Shown one piece after another: positions 1 to 11,188 of a stretch of DNA of 64,000 nt. Made by a program: the position numbers and the translations under genes. Below the pieces are notes generated by a model, which worked only from the letters and a program-made list of their open reading frames with translations, made no database searches and was not told where the DNA came from. This DNA is from Amoebophrya sp. A120 (lineage: Eukaryota > Protista > Dinoflagellata). Position 1 is the first letter of the stretch. Each line of letters opens with the position of its first letter. The stretch is taken from contig CAJINV010000002.1 in NCBI GenBank assembly GCA_905178155.1, positions 6,614,476-6,678,475 of the forward strand. The letters run 5' to 3'.

Positions 1-343
1 ATCTACTTCTTTTGTCATTGCCCTCTTCCTTCCAGATGAGATGATCTTCGCGCAATATTCTTGTCATTGAAAAAGCTGTCGCTATTTCGATTTATCATGT
101 GCTTCTCTGATGTTCTTGTTCAAGCAAACATTTGCACTTGCTTCCGAGCTTGATGTCTTGACTCACAATGATCAATCCTACAGCCAATGATGGATCCTCT
201 TGTACGCTGCGACTCAATCTTCAAAATACTATACCGTAAATCTAAATTCTCTGATTGTGTGTCTATGAACCTGGTCATCTCCGAACAAGACAAAGGAAAG
301 TAATTCTGAAATAACGTTCTTCACTTCTAAATACAACATCAAC

Positions 344-1418
344 ATGCCGGCGCTCCAACACGATGAAACCCGTGCCGATGGCACACGACGAAACCGCGCC
401 GCACCACTCGTAGCCGCAGGCGACGGCTACTTCCAAGGATCGGAACTCGACAAATTCGATTTGACCCAGCCACGCGTGAAGCTGATCACCCCGCAGGTGC
501 GCTTATCAAACAACGAGAATACACGGCAGCGCTCTACAACTGCCAAGCACTTGCGCGACCGGCTGATCGATTTTGAACACGAGCGTGCCCCCCGTCTCGG
601 CCTGCGCAAGTTTCACAATCTGGCCGTGAACGCCTGGAACCTGTGCGCTGCGAAGCGAACCAATTACACTGCGCACGGCGGCATGGACGCGCCCGTCAAG
701 CTGAAAATCCTGCAGTTTCTGGGTGATGTCCCGCCGGACCAGAACCTCCCCTGGGAGTTTTCGGCCTCGCACCTGCGGGTTGTGACCGAGGGGCAGCGGA
801 ACATGAAAATTTGCAAGATGATCGAGACGATTTTGAAGGAGTGCAAGACGCAGGCACTGAAGGGCCACCACGGGTGCGACCTGGTGTTTCGGGATCATTG
901 CGAGACGTTCATTGCCAGAACCAACTACGAGGGGCCCAACGCCCCCTGGAATCGGGGGAAGCGCCAGTACTGGGCGTGCCTGTTCGAAAGCCTTCCCGAG
1001 CTCCGCGACCGGATTGCGGAGGCCGGCTTCACGATTCGTACGCCCTCGAAGAACCTGCCGCGCGAGCTGAACAGCGAGTTGCACCTGTATTGGCTGTATG
1101 CATTGCAAAAGTATCGTACGTAGTAGAAATAGCATTACAAATTTTTCCAGAAGGAAAATAAAATGGAATTTGTAATGCTGAATAAGCTAAGAAACCAGAT
1201 TTGTCATGCATGACTGCAATCACTTTTAGTTTTACTACGAGTACGAGTACGATGCTTTTGCACAGGATAGGCTGCCGCACGGCCAGGAACCTCCTGATAC
1301 AAACTCGGGCTCGGAGGATGAGCAGGTCGGACGGGCTGCGGCTCCGGTCGGACGGGCTGCGGCTCCGGTCGCGCAGGCGGCCCGTCAGGTCGTATGGCGG
1401 TCTCAGGCCTTACCTTGA
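344..1418 (+). CDS. Hypothetical protein, join(344..1096,1275..1418), ~298 aa
   Basis: ORF 344 runs into the element at 1097. Removing element + one GGCTG gives ...LYWLPHGQEPPD... to TGA 1416-1418. No recognisable domain. Confidence 0.6.
1097..1269. mobile_element. Introner/MITE family A, TSD GGCTG
   Basis: Starts tatgcattgcaaaagtatcgtac, ends gtacgatgcttttgcacaggata. GGCTG at 1092-1096 and 1270-1274. Confidence 0.92.
1325..1370 (+). repeat. 21-bp tandem duplication in coding sequence (VGRAAAP x2)
   Basis: ggtcggacgggctgcggctcc occurs twice in tandem. Confidence 0.85.
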
Positions 1419-2738
1419 GTGCTGTATTTGCATAGATGATTTTGTGATGCAAGAGTAGCAAAAGTGGAAGGAGCAGAGGGCTCGTCTTGCGTCAAGTATA
1501 GATTTTTGGGCAAGGACAATTTCAATGCCATTTAGCGCTTCGAGCACTTGCACTTCCTAGCACCAGGCGAAATAGCTTGATCGATGAAAAGGGGATCGGT
1601 TTGATTTTGCACATTATTTTTTACCAGCGAGCAAAGTAAAACGCCTGAGAGTTTTTGTTTCATACTTCGCGGATCAACATGCTTCCTCGGACGAGTCAGC
1701 CTCTGAATCGTCCCACTCGGAAGCGCGACGCGCTCATCGGAACGAGCATCAACGGCGGCACGTACAACCACGGACGCGGACTTTTTATCCACGCGACGAG
1801 GACCACCGAAGACCACACCAGCCCCCGCAACCAGCCGTCCTACGGGAACGCGAACGAGGTCCAAGACAACGACATCAACCCGAGTAGGTTGTCGTGGTCA
1901 TTTGATGTAACAGGTTGACCGGATTGTTGAATCGTCGAAAATGAAGGCAATATTGCAATGTCGCAGATGAGGACCTGTTGGACAGGTTTTGCTCTCGTGA
2001 AGGTGAACGAGGGACATTATACAAAATCGCGACTGCTTGTGCTTCTTCAGCAAAAATGCGAAGAAGGAGGTGCAAGTCGTCGAGCAAGTGGTCTCCGTAC
2101 ATCTGCTGCACATGAACAAAAGTCGCAATAATTTTCAAATGGAACCGTAAAAAAAGAAGCAGAAGGTCCTTACCCTTAGAGGCCGGCTGATCCTGATCAG
2201 TTGTTGAAATTATGTTCGTTCTGGAAAAGATAAGGGCGAGGCTGCACCACGACACTTTCTGCTAGGGCTGCGCTCCGTTCAACAAATCATGAGTTTGATT
2301 GTCCTCGAGCCCCCGCAGTTTTATCTTTGCAAATCGTGCCGCACCAAAACAGAGATAAACTGATCCCATGCTGTTTCAAACCGGTTTGTTCCGAGGCCTC
2401 GAGCTCGCTGCTGTAGAATGAAGATCTCTTCAGGAAATACCACTTCTATCCACCACGACACAGCGACCTTTACTGAATAATCGTTCTCGAAGCTCTCTCA
2501 CTAGGAAATTTAGGAATAGGAAGGGGAAAAGAATTTTTCTGCGCTCGAACAACTACAGTGTCGTTAGATTGAGCTTTCTATTCACCTATTTTTACCATAT
2601 ATTCAATAGCTCTTCATATTCATCTGTTCTGGCGACTCAACACTCTTACCGGTCCGTAAAAGGCAATCTGGTACTATCCTTTCCTCGAGTCACAACTTCT
2701 ATTGCCAACCAGACCCACCTGGAACAACGAACAGCAAA

Positions 2739-3468
2739 ATGTCGTCCTTGGCGGCCAAGCGTTTGCACCAGGAGCGGGTGAACTTCAAGAAAAAGCGGCC
2801 TTTCGGATTTTTCGCCCGGTACACGACCAACAAGGACGGTTCGCAGAACATGATGAAGTGGCGATGCGGCGTGAAGACAGAGGACGACGGTCCGTGGAAG
2901 GGCGCCACCGTCGAACTCACCATGGAATTTTCCGAGGACTACCCGGGGCGACCGCCGAAGGTGATGCTCTGCTTGATCGAGGGGAAGGCGGCGTTCCACC
3001 CGAACATCTACCCCAGCGGGGCGGTGTGCCTTTCCATCCTGAACGAGGACAAGGACTGGCGGCCGACGTTAACGGTGACCGGATTGCTCACCGGGATCAA
3101 GGACCTCCTGCACAACCCAAACCCGGACTCACCCGCTCAGGAGGAAGCGTTCAAGGTCTACATCAAGGAACCCAAGCACGATATCCAAGAAAAAAACTGT
3201 GTAAGTGTAACTTTGTGTTGCAGACGATGCAAGACACTTACAACTGGCATGCTGGGCATGCGTCAGAGGCTCCTTTCGTACGTGTTTTCAGCCACTAGCT
3301 ACGCATCACAGGTTTTCTCCGTCATGCAGAGCAAACTTGTGATGCTGTTCCTCCAAGAAAGTTACACTTACACAGTTTTTTTCTTGCATACACGACGAGT
3401 GGCTGAAAAAGGTGGAGCAACAAGCGGAAGCGATCAAAAGCGGAAAGGCGTACGAGGGGGTGGAGTGA
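2739..3468 (+). CDS. UBC9: SUMO-conjugating enzyme UBC9, join(2739..3181,3396..3468), 171 aa
   Basis: RLHQER..PFGF, DYPGRPPK, FHPNIYPSGAVCLSILNEDKDWRP and NPNPDSPAQEEAF match Ubc9. The C-terminal helix EWLKKVEQQA is recovered after removing the element. Confidence 0.93.
3182..3390. mobile_element. Introner family D, TSD CACGA
   Basis: TIR tatccaagaaaaaaactgtgtaagtgtaact / agttacacttacacagtttttttcttgcata. CACGA at 3177-3181 and 3391-3395. Confidence 0.93.
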
Positions 3469-4099
3469 AGGCCGCGCTGCTTCGCTTTCTTTGGAATTGA
3501 TGTGAGGCATTCATATTTCAATTGAGCCCCTGTAGGTGTAGAACTAAGACTACTTGAGGGTCAGTCTTCAGTTCTCACTTTTATTCAACAACGCGACTTT
3601 CCTCATCCTTGGTTGCCCACAAACATGTGAGAATGAATGTCGGCTGCTGTGGTCTTTTTACCGTATGTCTCGAAGTATTGGCTTGAACAATTCGAAGCGA
3701 GAAAAACATGCCTTACCCACAAACGGCAGTAATGAAAGCAATTGCGCGCCGCGTCATTGATTGACCACCTGTTCTTCCAACGAGAGTGCGGAAATCTGGA
3801 TCCGAGCAAGGATGTTGATTTGAGGTCGAGATGACCAGGACATGTGGACCAAAGTCACATCAGCAGTAATAGATCTGAGTGTACAACTGGAACTGAGTTT
3901 TCAGTTTTGCTGAGAGCACGATTATCTATGGGAGCGCGATGATTGACGTGCTGCTTCATATCATTGTTGTGTGTTTGAGAGGCTGACACAAGATTGGCAG
4001 AGCGAATTTTCTTCACCAGAGAAGTTCTTTGCTTTTTTCTTTTGTTCGTGCTACATCATCATACTGAGTGCATAGATGTGATAGATTTCGTTGCGCTTG

Positions 4100-4870
4100 T
4101 GACAATTTGAATTTTGCGCGGTGACGCCACAGCTCTTGACCTGTGCTTTCGGCCCTAAAAATGATGCCGACCGGGCAGCAGGCATGGAGCTGAACTTGCA
4201 GCGCCAACTCCACGGCCTGACGGCGAGGTGGCAAGCAAGTGCCGGCCGCGGTCCGGTGTAAGGAAGCGCGGGCAGACGGGATAGCCCAATCGCAATCGAC
4301 GGCGAACGCGCTGCGTTTTCGTATTAACATACGGCAGCGGCTTCGTTTGAGTTTCAGGCTATCCAGTCTTCCCGCGCACGAGCGGGGGCAAGTGGCGGCG
4401 CCATAGATGCCGGCACTGCCGTCAATCTCCATGGCAAACTTGGAGGACGGTGGAGGCACGCCAACGCTTTCGCGATCGGCAAGCGGGCCGGCCTTTGGGC
4501 GGGCCCCTCTTTGGAAGTATATGGGCGCGCAGCCCGGGGCCACTTTTCATTTTGATAGCCAAGGCCGATCTGCAACACGAAGTCAGACCCCTGCGGGAGC
4601 AAATCAGCCTCCTTGCGCGCGAGGGCCGGCCCGCCCTTGGTTCCCAGAAAAGGCCCGGCCCAGGCGCGCGCCGCAAGCGTGCTGGCGCTCGGCCGCTGCC
4701 GGCGTATCCTTCCTCTCTTATTTGCCCCCCGCTTTCCCATAGGATAGCGAGGTCGCTTCCTGGTGGCCTTCGCCGGGATAGATCCATCGACACGACCAGG
4801 CGCTCCCGCTGCCTTTGCAGGAGCGCAGGCGGGGTCGACCTCCGGACCGGCGACTGCCTGCCGCCCGCGT
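4100..4870. other. GC-rich intergenic island, possibly a decayed transposon
   Basis: Abrupt GC increase. Only overlapping Ala/Arg/Gly/Pro-rich spurious ORFs. Boundaries approximate. Confidence 0.35.
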
Positions 4871-5424
4871 GCTAGAATGTAGATCGGATAAACGAAGAGG
4901 AAGAGAAGTAAGACCGCCCTTTGTGTATGCTCTGACCGCCTTGAGTTTCTCTCCCCTCTCTACTCACGGTGGTCCGATTTGTTCTAGAAATAGAAATTTC
5001 GTGTGCTGCCAGCTCGAGGTTGCATTCTCCGAGTGATTTAGATGAGGCTAGCAGACAGTGACAGCGCGAGATGTCAGTTGCGGTTGAGGTTGTATTCACT
5101 TTTGCCTCCCACAGAACAGTAGCGGCACTGCTAGCCATCCAGCGATTCCGGGACATCATGTGGAAAAGAGCGTGAGCAATTTGTGTTGTTTATAGTAAAA
5201 GCACGCAAGTGACGCAAGTGCTTATCCTTTGCTTATAGATGCTTTACTTCTTTCATTCTCATTGTGGTTTCTCTGTAGAAGATGGACGAAGTTTTTGTGT
5301 TTTTGACGGTTTCTACTAGTTAGGTTTAGCGATTAACTACAGTACACTTTTGTTCATTTTTTTACAACGACCGTGTCTTGCGTTCTTTGACCTAAAGCTA
5401 ATATCTACATTCATCGCAAACACG

Positions 5425-8400
5425 ATGCCATCGCTCCGCGAGACCGCCGCGAGTAGAAAATCCAAAGAGATTTCCCTCGCTGAAGACGAGCCAAAAGATG
5501 GAAAGAAGTCAACTGTCACCAAGCAGACCGCTAGTTCCAAAAATTCAACCAAATCCACCGGCACACCCGGCAAAATCAACGCAGCTACCGCCGGAGACAA
5601 AAAGCCGACGAAAAATAATGCGATGAAAAAGAAGCAGAAAGACAAAGAAAACTTCGTTTCCGAGAACTTCGAGGGCGGCGAGGAGGACGACTCCCTTCCG
5701 AACCGAGGCCGCGACAAAATCGAGCGTGGGCCCTGTGCGAAGAACGTGAAGGCATCCAGCGAGTTCGAGAAGAAGAAGGACGGCATGAAGAGCAAGGCGG
5801 AGTTTCGGACTCTGATGAAGGACGCTTTATCCCGGGAAAACCACAAGGACGTGCGGGCTCTGATGCGGACGGCGGATGCGAATTTTGGGAAAGAGGAGAA
5901 ATTTAAGTTGTGTGACGAATATTTGAAGCACTTCAACGAAGAAAAGGTCTTCACACCGTCCGACGCGAGGAACGTGGTGTTCCAAGACGCATCGAACGAA
6001 TGGGACGCACGGGAGGAGGACAAAAAAGCCGTAGCTGACGAGGCAGATGAAAAGGAAAAGAAAAACGAAAAGAAAAGGTAGAAGAGCTTTCACGTGTTGT
6101 ATAATTACAGCGAGATCTCGATCTCGTACTCATAGAGCACGGCTTTTGAAAGACTTGAAATACAACAGCGTGAAGAGGAAAGAGTGTTCTGATAATTTTT
6201 CGTGATTGCATGCAGTAGAACTTTCCAACCGATAGGTAACTAATACCCAAAACAGGTACTTCATCAACATGGGCATCGTGACCTGGCGACCCGCGGGTAA
6301 GCAGTCGAAGATCATGGCTACTACGCCGGGCCAACAGCTCGCGCTGCTCCTGACCAGCTGCATGGAGGTCGACTGCGAGAAGGCGGACGGGAAGACCTAC
6401 AGCTTAAATTCCGAGAAGCACTTTATCGCATCCTCGATAACACTCAACAAAAACGGAACCAGCAGGGTCCACGTGGACCAAGGTAATTTAGGACACTCGA
6501 GGGCCATGGCCTTCGGGGAGTTCCTAGGCGGGGAGACGTTGGTGTATGATGAAAGTGGAGATCAATGGATGAATGTCCACTACGGCTCGCCAGCAGCGGA
6601 GCGGGTGTTTTCCACCATCAGGACCTGCGGGATCGACGCGTTTAAGAGTGGCAGCGGCGGGGATAACAAGAATGACTCTGGGCAGTCGTCTCTGCTGCAC
6701 CAAAAGAAACCGCTGAAGCTCCGCTTCTCCGACGACACAGCTACAGAAATCATCGCGGACCACAAATGGCTGAAAACCGACGACGGCATGCGGTTCAACA
6801 CGAACCGGCCGGGGAAAATCGTCCAGCTTCCCTTTTCGAGAAAAACAGTCCACCACACCGTCGGGGACTTCCAGGGGCCTTTGCCCCACGCCACCGCGCC
6901 CGCGTTTCCGAAAGCGTATAAAGACGTAGCCAAACGACCCAAGGAGTTGAGGAAGATCGATTTGGTCGGCACGGTGTCGCCGGACGAGATGGATTTTTTG
7001 ATGCAGTGGTGCGCGGACCGCCAGGAGATCAAGGAGCACAAGGAGTTTGTCCGCTACGTCGCGGTGTTCTATCCCCACGACAGCATGGTCTCCAACCGGC
7101 GGGGGGACAAATCTCTCGAATACGCCTCCAGTTGGGGGTTCAACCGGTTGACGGACAAGCAGTACGAATCCGCCCGGGATTTCCTCGAGAAGCAGCACCA
7201 CTTTGTGCACACCAGAGACGGGCTCGGGATCACCTACATCGAGGTGGACGGAAAAAAGATCGCGACCCGCGGGGGCATATAAAATGCAAAAGTATCGTAC
7301 TCGTAGGAATCGCAATTATGCATTTACAAGTTGCGAAGGCAAACCCGGACCCGCACTACAAACTTAATTTGTAATGCTGAGCCAATTTGTATTTGTATTG
7401 CAAGTCAAACTAGTACGATGCGTTTGCAATTCATAGGACAACAGGCAGGTCCAGGGCGAGTCGATCACGAAGCAGAAGAACCGCGTGAAGAAGTGGTGCG
7501 AGGAGCAGATTTTGAAGAAGTACGGGAAAAAACAGGGCGAAATCGAGATCAAGAAAATCACCGCGAACGGCAAGGACTACAAAACCGCGGGTTCGGCGAA
7601 AACTCGAGACACGCCGGTGGTTTTTCTCCACGATTTGTGGCGGGATTGGGGGGTGGACAAGTGGATCGAAAAGAAGCGGCAGGAGAAAATCGAGCAGCTC
7701 GGGGAAGAGAACGTGATGGGGAAGGAGCAGTTCTGGGAGACGGAGCAGAAATATGACAGTGCACAACTCCCCCCGCTCCCCTCCATTTGTATAGCATGAC
7801 CGGCTATACAAGTGCCAGCAAGAATGCAGGTTTTGCATGACAAATTTGCACAGGAATGTAGTGCTATTTGGGATACCAAAACTTGTCACGCAAAGAGTGC
7901 AAAGAGGCGCTGGTTGGATTTGGTATTTTGCATTACAAATGGGGGGGACGGGGAGGGGGAGTTGTTCACTTTCATAAGAAAAAGTTGCGGAACATCTGTC
8001 GGTGCTACGCGGGCCGGTACATCAAGGAGTGGGGAAACAAGATGTTCTATCAAATGTAAAAATGTCTGGGTCTGGAAGATTGCCAGGTTTGTCATGCACA
8101 TTTTGCATGACTCCTGATGTCTGTGATGCATGCTCTAGCATCACAGATTTTGCGAGGGCTTCCTGATGCCTATACTGCATGACAAATGCTCTTTCCGTGT
8201 AGCAAAACTTGGACTCTCTTAGCTGCTCATGCAATACAGATTCTTTTAGAATCCAAACGCAGCATTACAAGTTCGGACTCTTCCAGACCCAGACATTTTT
8301 ACAGTTGATATGTTCCCGTACAAGGATTATCCCAGCAAGGGGTGGTGCTTTTTGATATCAAATGTAAAGATGTCTGGGTCTGGAAGAATGCACCTTGTAA

Positions 8401-9861
8401 TGCTGCATTTGGATTCCAGAAAAATCTGTATTGCATGAGTACCAAAAGGAATGTAATTTTTGCTACGCGGAGAGGGCATTTGTCATGTGGAATAGGCATC
8501 AAGAAGCTCTGAAAAAATCTGTGATGCTAGGGCATGCATCACAGACATCAGGGCTCATGCACAACGTGCATGACAAGTGTCGGAATGTTCCAGACCCAGA
8601 CATTTTTACAGTTGATATTTGAAGGGCGTCACCGATATCTCGGCGCTGGAGCAGTGCTTCAAAAAGCACATTTCCGGAGAACTAACGGTGAAAATCAACG
8701 GCAACCAGTGCGTGTTCCCCTCCGCGGTGGGGAAGCCCCGGGAGCAGAAGGTGCCGCAGTACACCGGGGAGTACCAGTGCGGGGCGCGGCTCGCGGCGGA
8801 GATAGGCATGAACGAGGACGTATGCATTGCAAAAGTATCGTACTCGTATAAATGCATTACAAATTTTCTCAGCATGAGAAATAAACTTTGTCATGCGGAT
8901 TTGCCCTAAGAAAAAGATTTGTAATGCAAGACTTGCATTTATACGACTACGATACTTTTGCACAGGATAGGACGTCTCCGATCGCGAGGACGAGATGACG
9001 AAAAAGATCAACGTATCAAATGTAAAAATGTCTGGGTCTGGAAGAATGCAAGATTTGTGATGCAGATTTTCCATGACCCATGAGGTCTGGAATGCGAGAC
9101 CCAGCATGACAGATTTTTTGAGGTCTCTATCATGCCTTTCCTGCATGAGAAACTCCCTCTCAACTTGGTCAAAAGCGGCCAGCTTTTGGTACTCACGCAA
9201 CACAGATTTTTGCATCATTCAGATTTAGCATGACAAGTTCTAACCTTCCAGACCCAGACACTTTTACAGTTGATACAACGAGCGGAAGCGGGAGGAGACC
9301 ATTCGCAGACAGAAGGAAGCATTGAAGAAGTTCAAGAAGGGAGCGAAGAATGCTGGCGGGGGCGGTATTAAAGACAGCAGGAAGAACAAGATCTCTGGCG
9401 CTTCATCTTCGAGCAGCAGGTCCTCGTCCTCTTCTTCTTCGGTCAAGACTATCAAACCGAAGAAGAAAACCAAAACCACTACGGCAGTCAACAACAACTC
9501 TTTGATGTCAAATAAATCCAAAGTGAAAGCCTTAAAGGAAAAGGTGATGAAGGTGCAGCGGGTGGTACGAAAGGCGAAGGGGAACAGTAGTAAAACCGAG
9601 AAGAACTACATCGCTGTGAAGAAGCCGGCGATGAAGCGTGTTACTGTTGTAGCATCGAAGAAAGATAAGGTCCCGACTTCCAACAAAAGAAGTTCCGCCC
9701 CGTCCGGTCTCGTTGGGAAAGTTTATTCCTGGTTCAAGGGTGAGAAAAACGCGAAAGACGATGGCAATTGCGGTCCTGGAGGTGAAAACGATGCCGATCA
9801 TTCCGAGCAGGAGGAGACTTCTGCAGCGACAAAGAAGCGCAAGGTGATGCAGACAAAGTAA
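5425..9861 (+). CDS. 2OG-Fe(II) dioxygenase-like protein, join(5425..6077,6256..7277,7441..7751,7982..8047,8316..8355,8623..8820,8975..9013,9281..9861), ~969 aa
   Basis: One GT-AG intron (6078-6255) plus six introners. Exons sum to 2910 nt in one frame. Motifs SITLNKN..HVDQGN.G.S..FGEF.GGE, PHAT and RYVAVFY fit an HxD...H...R double-stranded beta-helix. Confidence 0.75.
7278..7435. mobile_element. Introner family A, TSD GGGCA/GGACA
   Basis: tataaaatgcaaaagtatcgtac ... gtacgatgcgtttgcaattcata. Frame restored on removal. Confidence 0.88.
7752..7976. mobile_element. Introner family B, TSD AGAAA
   Basis: tatgacagtgcacaactccccc ... gggggagttgttcactttcata. AGAAA on both sides. Confidence 0.92.
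8048..8310. mobile_element. Introner family C, TSD TGTTC
   Basis: tatcaaatgtaaaaatgtctgggtctggaag ... cttccagacccagacatttttacagttgata. Confidence 0.93.
8356..8617. mobile_element. Introner family C (interior inverted relative to the 8048 copy), TSD TTTGA
   Basis: Same TIR. Interior is the reverse complement of the 8048-8310 interior. Confidence 0.93.
8821..8969. mobile_element. Introner family A, TSD GGACG
   Basis: tatgcattgcaaaagtatcgta ... tacgatacttttgcacaggata. Confidence 0.93.
9014..9275. mobile_element. Introner family C, TSD CAACG
   Basis: Family C TIRs. CAACG at 9009-9013 and 9276-9280. Confidence 0.93.
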
Positions 9862-11188
9862 AAGTAGTCTTTTCGAACAATTTATCACAGCAAGAATTTC
9901 ATCCGCGGTTTGGGGTTTTTTGACAAGTTGGATGGCAGGTAGCAGGAGCATAAAAGACAAAAGATCTCATGATTCCCGCCAGATGAGGGTCGGTTTTCCG
10001 ACAGCGGTGATGCAACTCATTTTGTTGTTTAAAGCGCACGACCACGATGGTGAAGAGCCAAAGTCCGCTCAAGAAAAATGTAGAAAAAAAACTCTACTTC
10101 TAAACAGCTTGATAGAATTCCACCGGTGCGCGTCTATTAAATTGGTGAAAATTGTTGATATAGGGAAAGCGACTGCAGCGACACGAAAGTCTAGCGGTTC
10201 CCCTCCAATTTGTGGCGCGTGTGTGTAGCAATAGAAGACGACGCGATCATCTGAAGATCATCATGATCTGATGGTACCATGAGATCGTACCCAGACGGAC
10301 GATAGATCTTCAAGTGTCCGATGCGGACATCGTCTCTCATTCTTCATCTTCACATGGATCTCCAATATCTAGCTGGTTTTATGATGATGTCCTCCTGTGG
10401 GACAGGGTCTGCAAAAAGGACGAAGAAGTGCATCATGGCCTCGCCCCGTTAGTCCAGTTGTCGTAATCGTATTGGTCTCTCTACTACTGATGTCACAGCA
10501 GTATTGGCGAACGGAGAGTTGTGAAGATGTGCTGATGAATGATCACACATGCTATACTGTCCCAGATGGATCCAGGATCACAAGACTTATGTATGAGAAG
10601 TCTCGAGCAGCGTCAACCTATGAATATATGTGCGACTGTCAAGTTGCGTGAACGTTCATGCAGTGACAAGGCGTGAAAGTGAATATGATGGCGATACAGG
10701 TCGTGGTTGATGTCGTTGCAATTAATATCGTCTGGTAGAAGTTCTACTTGACACTGTAGATGCAACATCTTTGGACGAAGTTGTCGATACCCGTGAGTCG
10801 TTGTAATCTATCGTCCTTTATGTTTTTTTGAACGAGAATAAATCATTACAACTTGTAGATCAGCCATCTATTAAACCGCTTTCGTTATTTTCCTCGTGCG
10901 GAACGAGCCTTGCAACTCTTTTGATAATTTTAGAGAGCGTTAAAAAAACTTGGAATATCCATCTTGTTACTTTCTAAGTCGGCATTTTGCATTTGCATTC
11001 TGAATAAGGACCACGACGTCGATTATACTGCATTAGGAATAATTTGTACCCTCGATAGACAGTGACTTCTCACTTCGAAAGAAGGAAACTCCGACGTCAA
11101 CGTCGTCGCACAGAAACTTCGACACGACAGTGGGAGACGAAGTTGAAAAAAGTACGCAAGACCTCGTACTGCGGAAGTTCCGAAGAGG

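Noticed and set aside
1655-1918. Small ORF between gene 1 and UBC9
   Set aside because: Short, no homology recognisable.
6076-6258. AGGTA direct repeats at both ends of canonical introns (also 20921-21107) as TSDs
   Set aside because: Explained by the ordinary AG|GT splice consensus. No TIR or internal motif.
7278-9275. Repeat-spacer-repeat pattern as a CRISPR array
   Set aside because: Repeats are inverted pairs with TSDs, spacers are in-frame exons, no cas genes, eukaryotic context.
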